Shown piece after piece: positions 55,843 to 63,639 of a stretch of 64,000 bases of DNA. Source of the DNA: an uncultured Gammaproteobacteria bacterium (lineage in GTDB: Bacteria; Patescibacteriota; Patescibacteriia; SBBC01; CAIJZX01); the NCBI GenBank assembly GCA_964397195.1, contig CAYNGY010000002.1, positions 180,012 through 244,011 on the forward strand, read 5' to 3'. The notes beneath the pieces are model-generated. The model did no database searches and had not been told where the DNA came from. It saw only the letters and a program-made list of their open reading frames with translations. Made by a program: the position numbers and the translations under genes. Numbering within the stretch: the stretch's first letter is position 1; each line of letters opens with the position of its first letter.

Positions 55843-57213
55843 ATGCGTCTCTCTTTTCTCATCGCCGTTACCATTGGGTTCAGCCTCGGCATTTTTTTGG
55901 CTGAACGAGGTGGGTCGGGGATATTTTGGCTGGTTGGCGTGGCGGCAGTTTCTTCGTTTTGGAATCGGGGGCGAACGTACGGACTTTTGATCTGCGCCTC
56001 AGCGCTCTGTGCTGTGATCATACTTGTATATGCGGTTCGGACCGATGTGCAGGCGTGGCGACCACAGTATGGACGTCCGGTCACCTTGACTGGAGTCGTC
56101 GTTGATGTGCAAACGGGCCGGACAATCGTTGGGTATATTCGGAATCCGCACCTTCCGGGCATGATCGTTTTACCGGTGGCGATCCCGGTCGGACGAACCG
56201 TGACATGGACCTGTACGCCGACACGGTTTGAGACTCGACCCTGGATGTATTTGGCGAAGCGGTGGCGAGCACGATGTGAAACAGTAACCATCACACACAT
56301 TTCCGATCGGGCGGAGCATTGGCATGGGTGGCTATCGGCATGGCGCACGCAAACAGTGCTTGGTTTACAACGTCGACTGCGGTCAGACGCCGCCGCACTC
56401 GCCGTTGGATTTCTGGTTGGGGACGATCAGTACTTTTCTGACGAATTACGCCAAGCTTTCCAGGCGACGGGTACGACCCATTTGGTCGCGTTATCAGGAT
56501 TTAATGTTTCCATCATTCTGGTCAGCCTTGTTGAGCTCACGGTGCCGTGGTTGGGGCGACGCCTAGGGTCGCTGGTTGGCTTAGCCGCGGTGCTAGCGCT
56601 GGTCGTTATTTCCGGTGCGCCGGCCTCAGTGGTGCGAGCGGCGGTCATGGCGGTGGTCGTGCTGGCGGCGCGAGCGCTAGGACGTCCCGTACAACCGGTG
56701 CGGCCGCTCCTCTACGCGATACTGTCCATGTTGGCACTCAATCCGTTTCTAATCAGTGACCTCGGGTTCCAACTGTCCGTCGCCTCAACCATCGGTCTGA
56801 TGCAACTTAGCGCCGGGCTTGCGTTGCGACTGAACTGGTTGCCGGATTTTTTTAGCATCCGCACAAATATGGCCACGACGCTGGCGGCGAGCGCCGCGAC
56901 ACTGCCGATCATACTTGGTACCTTTCAGCGCTTGTCGTTGGTGAGCGTGCTGGTGAATACTATCGTTTTGCCGTTGGTACCATTCGCTATGGCGTTAGCG
57001 GGAATTATGGCGTTGACGAGCACATGGCCAGTCGTGCATCAACTGGTACAGCCGATAACGGAGCTGTGGCTGATAACCATTTTGATCGTGATTCGCAGTG
57101 GGGCGAAACTGCCGTTCGCATTCGTAACGCTCTCGGGGTGGATTGGGCCGGCGGTGATCGCCATCGTGGCGATGATCGTGGTACGATTTGGGTATGCGAC
57201 GCGTCATTCTTAG
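55843..57213 (+). CDS. comEC: ComEC/Rec2 competence membrane domain
   Basis: GTTHLVALSGFN, SVVRAAVM, DLGFQLS. Promoter TTGACG-16 bp-TACACT at 55793-55820. Confidence 0.9.
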   Translation: MRLSFLIAVTIGFSLGIFLAERGGSGIFWLVGVAAVSSFWNRGRTYGLLICASALCAVIILVYAVRTDVQAWRPQYGRPVTLTGVVVDVQTGRTIVGYIRNPHLPGMIVLPVAIPVGRTVTWTCTPTRFETRPWMYLAKRWRARCETVTITHISDRAEHWHGWLSAWRTQTVLGLQRRLRSDAAALAVGFLVGDDQYFSDELRQAFQATGTTHLVALSGFNVSIILVSLVELTVPWLGRRLGSLVGLAAVLALVVISGAPASVVRAAVMAVVVLAARALGRPVQPVRPLLYAILSMLALNPFLISDLGFQLSVASTIGLMQLSAGLALRLNWLPDFFSIRTNMATTLAASAATLPIILGTFQRLSLVSVLVNTIVLPLVPFAMALAGIMALTSTWPVVHQLVQPITELWLITILIVIRSGAKLPFAFVTLSGWIGPAVIAIVAMIVVRFGYATRHS

Positions 57214-58057
57214 TCTTATCTTGGTGTTGACCATCGCCGTGACGATGGTTCGCTGGCCAGCACCTACAGCGCCGGCGGTGAATAGTCATACCTGTCTCTT
57301 TGCGGCGCTTGATGTTGGACAGGGGGATGCCTTGTACATTCGGACATCGGATGGCCAAGACGTTTTAATTGACGGTGGCCCGGGAGATCGAGTGGTTGGT
57401 GCCCTCGAGACAGTCATGCCGCTCGGTGACCATGACCTCGAACTAGTGGTAGCGACGCACCCGGATAGTGATCACATCGCTGGTTTGCCGAGCGTCTTAG
57501 ACCGATACGATGTCCAGACGATTTTCGTGACCGGGGTGACGGCGGATACCGCCACTGACCGTCGATGGCGAGCGGCCATCGACACCGAACACGCGGCGCG
57601 TAAAATTGTGCGAGGTGGGCAACAGTACCAACTTGGCGCCGACTTAACGCTCCGTGTATTATGGCCGACCGAGGCGTGGATGGCGGATACAAAACGTGTC
57701 GACGCCGATCGAAATGCGACGAGCATCGTCATTCAGGCGACCTGTGCGGGGAGTACGGTGTTACTGACGGGCGATGCGTCGACTGACGTAGAGGAGCAAC
57801 TCCTCGCTGCCCATGTTGATGTGCGAGCCACCATGGTAAAGCTTGGACATCACGGGTCGAAGTATTCATCGTCGTCTGAATTTTTAGCCGCAGTGAAACC
57901 GGCGTTGGCGATAGTTTCGGCCGGAAAAGATAACCGATATGGGCATCCATCACCTTCAGTTATTGAGCGGTTACGCCTGCTGGGCATTCCGGTTCGTCGA
58001 ACCGATACCGAGGGAACTATACTTTTTCATACTGATGGCCAAGGTGGCTGGAAATAG
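57194..58057 (+). CDS. ComEC-associated metallo-beta-lactamase-fold nuclease (split ComEC C-terminal part)
   Basis: DVGQGDA, THPDSDHIAG, LTGD, KLGHHGS, NRYGHP, RTD..G. Confidence 0.9.
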   Translation: MRRVILSLILVLTIAVTMVRWPAPTAPAVNSHTCLFAALDVGQGDALYIRTSDGQDVLIDGGPGDRVVGALETVMPLGDHDLELVVATHPDSDHIAGLPSVLDRYDVQTIFVTGVTADTATDRRWRAAIDTEHAARKIVRGGQQYQLGADLTLRVLWPTEAWMADTKRVDADRNATSIVIQATCAGSTVLLTGDASTDVEEQLLAAHVDVRATMVKLGHHGSKYSSSSEFLAAVKPALAIVSAGKDNRYGHPSPSVIERLRLLGIPVRRTDTEGTILFHTDGQGGWK

Positions 58058-58126
58058 TTCGGCCATTTCGGTTTTGTAAAAAATATTGACATCGTTGTCG
58101 ACGGTCCGGTGAGGGCGTAGCTGGGC

Positions 58127-58155
58127 TTGACAAATCTAATGTTTTGTGCTAGATT
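58127..58155 (+). promoter_or_regulatory. Sigma70-type promoter of the orphan gene pair
   Basis: TTGACA-17 bp-TAGATT with an extended TG. Confidence 0.6.
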
Positions 58156-58305
58156 CATGCGTTATTCTGGTGCTAGAAATATTGTCGAGAGGTCCTTCGA
58201 CAACTGAATAGAGAATTAGAGAAACAACGCGCATCACGCGCAGACATTCACCGGCCAATAGGCCAATGCTGAGGTTCATCCCAGCATTCTCAGAGGAGAT
58301 TTCGC

Positions 58306-59181
58306 ATGGCTTCGAATGCTCTACTCGACGCAGTCGGGACGACGCTCGGTCTCGGAGCGGCCCGGTGGGTTGCTCCGCAGCTTGAAGGCGGATTCCGTCG
58401 CGCTGCCGAAATGCTGGCGACGGACAACCCTGAGGCGTGGCATCGGCTGCGTCACGGTTGGAAGCTCAAGCTTCCGTTCCGTGGCAACGTCGACAAGAAG
58501 ACGATCGTGGGGAGCACGGTGCTCAACACGGTTGCGCAGAGCCTGACGAACCACCTCGGGCCGCTCGGCGGCACGGTCGACGAAGTTGTCGAACGTGTCG
58601 TCAGCGAGCTGCCGCAGGTTCTTCCGCGCGTGTTCGACCCGATCGCTGAGGCGTATACGCCGCGGCCCGGTGTCACGGCGCCGACGAATGATCAGGCCGT
58701 CGAGGCGTTCAACCTCTACACGGCCCTGTTCTTCAAGAACCTACCGTTCACGCTCGTGACGTTCACGGGCGGCCAGAATCCGACGCGACTGCTGACCCGA
58801 ATGGGTGAGCAGATGCAACAGGCGGTCAACGCCTGCGGCCCGATCGCGGTGCTGGCGATGTCCCACATCTGGATGGAGGAGTTCAACGAGGCCGACCGCA
58901 CGAAGTACGCCGCGACGTTCTACGCCATGAACACGCCGACGGAAGTCGAGGTGTTCTTGTCGGCCCCGAACAAGGCGGCGAGGAAGACGGTACTCGACTT
59001 CTACGTCGAGATGAAGCGGCTGCGCCTGCCGATCACGTCGGATCAGGCGATCGCCTTCCTCAAGGGCCTGAAGACGAAGGGTTGGGACGCGCATGCGGTG
59101 CCGTTCCTGAAGAAAGCCGCGACGGATCTCAACGATCACGCGGCTAAAGTTCGCGCCAAGCGCGCAGCTCGGCGTCGGTAG
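58306..59181 (+). CDS. Hypothetical protein, GC3-rich orphan
   Basis: SD GAGGAG, 291 aa, C/G-ending codon bias. No family recognised. Confidence 0.65.
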   Translation: MASNALLDAVGTTLGLGAARWVAPQLEGGFRRAAEMLATDNPEAWHRLRHGWKLKLPFRGNVDKKTIVGSTVLNTVAQSLTNHLGPLGGTVDEVVERVVSELPQVLPRVFDPIAEAYTPRPGVTAPTNDQAVEAFNLYTALFFKNLPFTLVTFTGGQNPTRLLTRMGEQMQQAVNACGPIAVLAMSHIWMEEFNEADRTKYAATFYAMNTPTEVEVFLSAPNKAARKTVLDFYVEMKRLRLPITSDQAIAFLKGLKTKGWDAHAVPFLKKAATDLNDHAAKVRAKRAARRR

Positions 59182-59228
59182 CCACAACCTCATGGACGCT
59201 TGCGTCCACTACGATAGGAGAGTGTCCA

Positions 59229-60944
59229 ATGGCTGGTGAAGACAAGAAGAAGGGGAAGCCGGAAGGTGACCCCAAGCCGTCGCCGGCTCCGGCTCCGTCT
59301 GGCCCGAAGGGTTGGGCGGACGTCGTCGCTGAGCATATCGACAAGGTGCCTGGGGTGGCGCTCGAAGGAGTGCGCATCGGTGCCTTGACCGCCGCGATCG
59401 TGACCCCGGAAGGCCGCGGGTTGGTCAGCAGCGGCTTCAACGTGGCCAGAGAGTACTTCATGCTCTGGCTCGAGCAGATCATGGACTTCAACTCGGAGAT
59501 GGGCGCGCGGATGCGGACCCGGATCCTGTTGCTGTTCGGGATGATGCTCCTGGGCATGGCGGCAACGCTCATCTTCCACGACAAGGATCAGCGCATCCCG
59601 GTCGAGGCGATCTTGGCCATCATCACGGTGGTGCTGGCAGCGCTCTTCTCGGTTCAGGAGATTCGCTGGTTCGTCACGGTCGGCGCGGCCAAGAACGGGT
59701 TCAGCGCGATCAAGCCGGAACATATTCAGAGTCTGTTCCGGTTCAATCCGTTCGACCTGATCTTCGCGGCCGCTCCGCCGGCCGTGAGTGGTGGGCTGGG
59801 ACTGTACTGGATCTACGTCCAGATCATGCAGAAGATCGGCTTCTACGGCATGCTGCTCTTCTGCTACTACATGTTCCCGTTCTGGCATCTGCCCTGGCTC
59901 GTTGCGAGCGGGCCGATCCTGCTGTTCTCCTACGTCATCCTGGCGGTGGCCTACACGGACGCCGCGAAGGGGCAGCTGTGGTTCTTCTGGATATTCATGA
60001 CCACACTGCTCCTGAGCGTCTGTCTGGCGCTGACCATCTTTCCGGATGTCGCGGACTGGATCATCGCCGGCGGATCGCTCTTGGCGGTTGCGCTTTGCCT
60101 CATTGTTGGTGGTCTCGTGCGCTTCGGCGTGATCTGGTCTTCGGATCAGGATCGCCAGCACAAGATCAACATGGCGGCGAAGGGTAAGGACGGCAAGGGC
60201 GTGGCGACCCCGGGTTCCAACGGGTCGCGCTCGAACACGCGGAAGGGTACGGGGTGGGCAATCCTGATCGGTTCAGGAGTCGTGCTCGTTCTCGTGATCG
60301 CGTTCTTCGGGTTCCAGAAGGTCTACGCCGCGTGGGGTCACTTCAACACGGTGACCGGAATCGCGCCGGCCATGCAGAGCAAGACGGCCAAGAAATTCGG
60401 TCTCGCCTCGGCATACCCGATGCCGGCGGTTGGGGCCGACGCGATCACGGACGCCACCGAAGCTGATGGCACGACCGGGACCGTGACGCTCGAAGACAGC
60501 GTGCAGGTTCTCGCCTTCACGCGGTCGCTCAACGTCCAGCTCGGGCCGATGAAATCGGGCGTGGTCGTCGAACGCGGCGACGTGGTCACGATCACGACCG
60601 ACGTGGCCACCTACAACGCCTACGACACGCAGGGGAACGTGGCCGCCTGTCGTCTCGACGGGGGAATGGTGAACGGTCATCCCGACCGTCCGACGGACCA
60701 TCCCGACCTGATGGCAGAGTTCGGCAAGTTCTACCCGGCGACCTGGATGCGTACTGGGTCGCTCCTGATCCGAATCGGCGACGACTTCGTCGATGTCGGA
60801 ACCCGGAAGACCTTCACGGTCACGACGGGCGGGAAGAACGAGATGATCGGCTACCTCAACCAGCCGGTCATCGATGAAATGCAGGGGGTTCTGCTTCCGG
60901 ACCAGAAGATCCCCATGACCGTCACGGTCAAACGTCCGCGCTGA
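59229..60944 (+). CDS. Multi-TM membrane protein with a C-terminal LecA/PA-IL-like (lectin-like) domain
   Basis: SD AGGAG and ~8 TM segments. C-terminal 'GVVVERGDVVTIT...GSLLIRIGD.FVDVG...TFTV'. Confidence 0.5.
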   Translation: MAGEDKKKGKPEGDPKPSPAPAPSGPKGWADVVAEHIDKVPGVALEGVRIGALTAAIVTPEGRGLVSSGFNVAREYFMLWLEQIMDFNSEMGARMRTRILLLFGMMLLGMAATLIFHDKDQRIPVEAILAIITVVLAALFSVQEIRWFVTVGAAKNGFSAIKPEHIQSLFRFNPFDLIFAAAPPAVSGGLGLYWIYVQIMQKIGFYGMLLFCYYMFPFWHLPWLVASGPILLFSYVILAVAYTDAAKGQLWFFWIFMTTLLLSVCLALTIFPDVADWIIAGGSLLAVALCLIVGGLVRFGVIWSSDQDRQHKINMAAKGKDGKGVATPGSNGSRSNTRKGTGWAILIGSGVVLVLVIAFFGFQKVYAAWGHFNTVTGIAPAMQSKTAKKFGLASAYPMPAVGADAITDATEADGTTGTVTLEDSVQVLAFTRSLNVQLGPMKSGVVVERGDVVTITTDVATYNAYDTQGNVAACRLDGGMVNGHPDRPTDHPDLMAEFGKFYPATWMRTGSLLIRIGDDFVDVGTRKTFTVTTGGKNEMIGYLNQPVIDEMQGVLLPDQKIPMTVTVKRPR

Positions 60945-60967
60945 CGTTTAACAGCGCGAGCACCTTC

Positions 60968-61015
60968 AGCCTCGGGGCGAGAGTTCGACTCTCTCGTCCC
61001 GAGGCTTTTCTTTTT
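60968..61015 (+). terminator. Rho-independent terminator
   Basis: 16-bp stem AGCCTCGGGGCGAGAG/CTCTCGTCCCGAGGCT with loop TTCGACT, then TTTCTTTTT. Confidence 0.8.
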
Positions 61016-61129
61016 GCTAACTCTAGCGGAAATATACCTTCAGCATTTCTTCAGTTTCATTTTGTATACTATAGGGTTGGTCCGTGTGGCTGGATTCTGC
61101 TACGGAAAGGGACGTGGTTTCCACAAACC

Positions 61130-61158
61130 TAGACATATCGTTATCGGCGTGTTACGAT
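61130..61158 (+). promoter_or_regulatory. Promoter for the tRNA-Asp locus
   Basis: TAGACA-17 bp-TACGAT with an extended TG, ~20 nt before 61180. Confidence 0.6.
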
Positions 61159-61179
61159 AGCGCCCGCTAGAAACACCGT

Positions 61180-61443
61180 GGGCTCATAGTGTAGCGGTTA
61201 ATCCCGTATAACCCGCTACGCGAGTTTACGGGACAGGCACGTCAAGTTTTACGTTCGTTTCGTTTCGCTCCTGGGGGCTCATAGTGTAGCGGTTAACACG
61301 TCTCCCTGTCACGGAGAAGATCGGGGGTTCGAATCCCCCTGGGCCCGCCAGGAGCGAAACGAAATGGAGAAGACTTGCCCCGTAATCCCGAGTCTACGAA
61401 GGGATGTACGGGGTCGGGGGTTCGAATCCCCCTGGGCCCGCCA
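61180..61443 (+). ncRNA. Expanded tRNA-Asp-like 'shell' enclosing a complete tRNA-Asp
   Basis: Exact 22-nt 5' copy (61180-61201) and exact 30-nt 3' copy including CCA (61414-61443) of the inner tRNA. Internal pieces CACGTC and GGAGAAGA are separated by hairpin insertions. Confidence 0.75.
61275..61350 (+). tRNA. tRNA-Asp(GTC)
   Basis: Acceptor GGGCTCA/TGGGCCC, D stem GTGT/ACAC, anticodon stem TCTCC/GGAGA with loop CTGTCAC, T arm GGGGG-TTCGAAT-CCCCC, G73, CCA. Confidence 0.97.
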
Positions 61444-61628
61444 CGCGTCATCGCGCCCGCCGCTACAACGGCGGGTGCTTTGCATCCCACCGTCGCCGCT
61501 TCAGGTGCGTGCCGCTCTTCCCCAAAACGAGCAAGTCGTTTTGGGGACCCCGGCGCTTGCACTGTATCCCACCAGGTGGCACTCTTTGAATGTAGGTAGC
61601 GGATTTAAACCGATATTACCTTACGTAT

Positions 61629-62390
61629 ATGACGCTAAAGCAAGATACAGTCCAAGATTTGATCGACGGCGAAGGGTTTCTGTTGTCCGAAGCCCCTAAA
61701 CAATACGGCGAATATTTTTCGCATGCCCTTGGGTTTGGGGAATTTTGGGGGACCTTCCTGTCATCAATTGATCCGGATAGATATATCTTCGCTGCCTTTC
61801 TTTCACAAGTAAGGAAGAATTATTTTCTATCTCTATTCTCATCCTTACGGCGCCACCACGTACAGGCGGGCATGGACTTACGCCAAATGCTTGAGTCTGG
61901 TGCTTGGGCGGCATATGCCATAGGGAATCCCGAACAGGAAAAATTTACGGAAAAAATCAACGGAATTCTTGAAACCCCGGACAGGTTGTCCGATGCTAGG
62001 AACGATTGGTTGAATGATAACTTCAAAACGCAGTCAGATGCCATCAAGCGATTTAAAGGCCTTATCAACAATAGCGTAGCGCATGCCAGTATTGTGTACG
62101 CCTTAAATAACTTCCGATTGGACGCCAAAGCGGGGAAGTTTGAGACGCCTTATTTTGACTTCGAAGATAGATTCCAAGTAAAAAACGATTTATGGTTCAT
62201 GTCGAATATTGCTTTGGGGCTACTGGATTTATTTTTTGGAGCCAATATCGGCAGGGGCGTCATAAAATTTTCACCGACATTTTCTCAAACCCTTAAATCT
62301 TTAGAAGCGGTAAATATCCGACTTAAGACGGAGATGCTAAAGGGGAGAACCGCAGCTGATCCACGGCCTAACCGAGGAGTCAAGGAATAG
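61629..62390 (+). CDS. AT-rich hypothetical protein, possibly DUF5677/HEPN-like helical protein
   Basis: Visibly more AT-rich than its neighbours. Motifs 'LRQMLES' and 'NNSVAH'. Confidence 0.45.
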   Translation: MTLKQDTVQDLIDGEGFLLSEAPKQYGEYFSHALGFGEFWGTFLSSIDPDRYIFAAFLSQVRKNYFLSLFSSLRRHHVQAGMDLRQMLESGAWAAYAIGNPEQEKFTEKINGILETPDRLSDARNDWLNDNFKTQSDAIKRFKGLINNSVAHASIVYALNNFRLDAKAGKFETPYFDFEDRFQVKNDLWFMSNIALGLLDLFFGANIGRGVIKFSPTFSQTLKSLEAVNIRLKTEMLKGRTAADPRPNRGVKE

Positions 62391-62413
62391 CGGTCTCCGG
62401 AATATAACAAACT

Positions 62414-62447
62414 ATCAAAACACCCCGCCGCGGCGGGGTCTTTTGAT
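62414..62447. terminator. Bidirectional terminator between convergent genes
   Basis: ATCAAAACACCCCGCC-GC-GGCGGGGTCTTTTGAT with A and T tracts on either side. Confidence 0.75.
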
Positions 62448-62456
62448 TTTCGTTGA

Positions 62457-62801
62457 TTACTTGGTGGCTAGTTTAACGATAGCCGCGAACACCTCGGGCT
62501 GGTTCATCGCCAGGTCGGCGAGAATCTTGCGGTCGAGTTCGACCTTGGCGATCTTCAGCTTGTTGATCAACTTGCTGTAGGTGGTGCCGTTTTCACGAGC
62601 GCCGGCATTCATCCGAATTTGCCAGAGGGAGCGGGCTTCGCGCTTCTTCAGCTTCCGGCCACGGTAGGCATGTTGCCCGGCGCGGGTTGAGGCTTGGCGC
62701 CCAAGGCGGATTGAGGACTTACGCTTCCAGCGGAATCCTTTAGTGGTCTTGAGGAGATTTTTTCGGCGTTTAACGTGAGCGACACCGCGTTTTACGCGCA
62801 T
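62457..62801 (-). CDS. rplT: 50S ribosomal protein L20
   Basis: RVKRG, KGF, AYRGRK.KKR..RSLW..RMNA, LDRKILADLA. Confidence 0.97.
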   Translation of the reverse strand: MRVKRGVAHVKRRKNLLKTTKGFRWKRKSSIRLGRQASTRAGQHAYRGRKLKKREARSLWQIRMNAGARENGTTYSKLINKLKIAKVELDRKILADLAMNQPEVFAAIVKLATK

Positions 62802-62804
62802 ACA

Positions 62805-63023
62805 TCAGTCCTTCTTAGAGGCGTTCGCCGGCGTCAGCCGTCGAACGGATTTATCCAGTGTTGAGTGAAGTTGGAGATCGCTTCGCTTCCCCATGGTGCG
62901 GACACCAGTGTCGCGAGCGTTAAAATGATTTTGGCCGGCTTTGCGCTTCAGGAGCTTGCCGCGGCCGGTCTTTTTAAATCGCTTGGCAATCGCCTTATGC
63001 GTCTTGATCTTCTGCTTTGACAT
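62805..63023 (-). CDS. rpmI: 50S ribosomal protein L35
   Basis: KIKTHKAIAKRFKKTGRGK, located between infC and rplT. Confidence 0.95.
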   Translation of the reverse strand: MSKQKIKTHKAIAKRFKKTGRGKLLKRKAGQNHFNARDTGVRTMGKRSDLQLHSTLDKSVRRLTPANASKKD

Positions 63024-63103
63024 ATCGTGGTCGGTTGGTGGTAATGAATTGAGAGATGGGAGATGCTGAAGTGTTGTTCAGCACGATCTGGTTGTTAACG
63101 AGA

Positions 63104-63616
63104 TTATTTTTTCCGGCCGACGATCATGGTGAATCGATTGCCGAGGCGACCGAGCGGCTGTTCGGTGGAGATATCGTCGCCGAGCGATTTGACGAATTCG
63201 TCGATAACCTTACGACCGTGATCGGCGAGGGCATTTTCACGACCGCGTAGTCGCATTTCGATCAGGACCTTGTGTCCTTCATCGAGAAACTCGAGGGCGG
63301 TTCGCTTGCGGGTGTCTAAATCGTGCTGGCCGATGCGGAAGGTGAGGCGGATGCCTTTCAGGTCAACTTTTTTCTGGTTGGCCTTCGCTTTCCGGAGTTG
63401 CTTTTCCTGTTGGAACAGGAAGGCATTAAAATTCAAGATGCGGCAGACCGGTGGGCGAGCTTGGGGGGCGACTTCGACGAGGTCGAGGCCGCGGCTCTGG
63501 GCCAGGGTCAGGGCTTGGGCGGTGTCCATCTGTCCGAGTGGTTTCCCGTTCTCGTCGATAACCATGACGAGGGGAATTCGGATTTGATGGTTGAGGCGAT
63601 AACGACGGTCTGAAAT
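63104..63616 (-). CDS. infC: Translation initiation factor IF-3 (probable ATT start)
   Basis: N.QIR, GLDLVEVAP.A.PPVCRI, HDL, RGRE. In-frame ATT at 63616 lies just downstream of the tmRNA 3' end. Confidence 0.93.
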   Translation of the reverse strand: MSDRRYRLNHQIRIPLVMVIDENGKPLGQMDTAQALTLAQSRGLDLVEVAPQARPPVCRILNFNAFLFQQEKQLRKAKANQKKVDLKGIRLTFRIGQHDLDTRKRTALEFLDEGHKVLIEMRLRGRENALADHGRKVIDEFVKSLGDDISTEQPLGRLGNRFTMIVGRKK

Positions 63617-63639
63617 GTCAGGTAGGGTTATGAAATAAA

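Noticed and set aside
55843-58057. Split comEC as a pseudogene or novelty
   Set aside because: Both ORFs are intact with conserved motifs, and two-gene ComEC arrangements are known.
59190-60161. 323-aa minus-strand ORF (also 24584..25339 and many other antisense ORFs)
   Set aside because: These are shadow ORFs caused by GC3-biased codons on the coding strand. They have no recognisable motifs.
61202-61413. Group I/II intron in a tRNA
   Set aside because: The inserts are far too short and show no recognisable catalytic core, and the inner tRNA is uninterrupted.
61180-61443. Ordinary attL/attR scar of an integrated element at tRNA-Asp
   Set aside because: Integration duplicates one end of a tRNA. 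Here both ends plus internal fragments are duplicated symmetrically, the flanks base-pair across the tRNA, and no integrase is nearby. It is not fully excluded as a historical origin.
61293-61699. Short ORFs overlapping the tRNA-Asp locus
   Set aside because: They are translations of structured RNA with no protein-like features.
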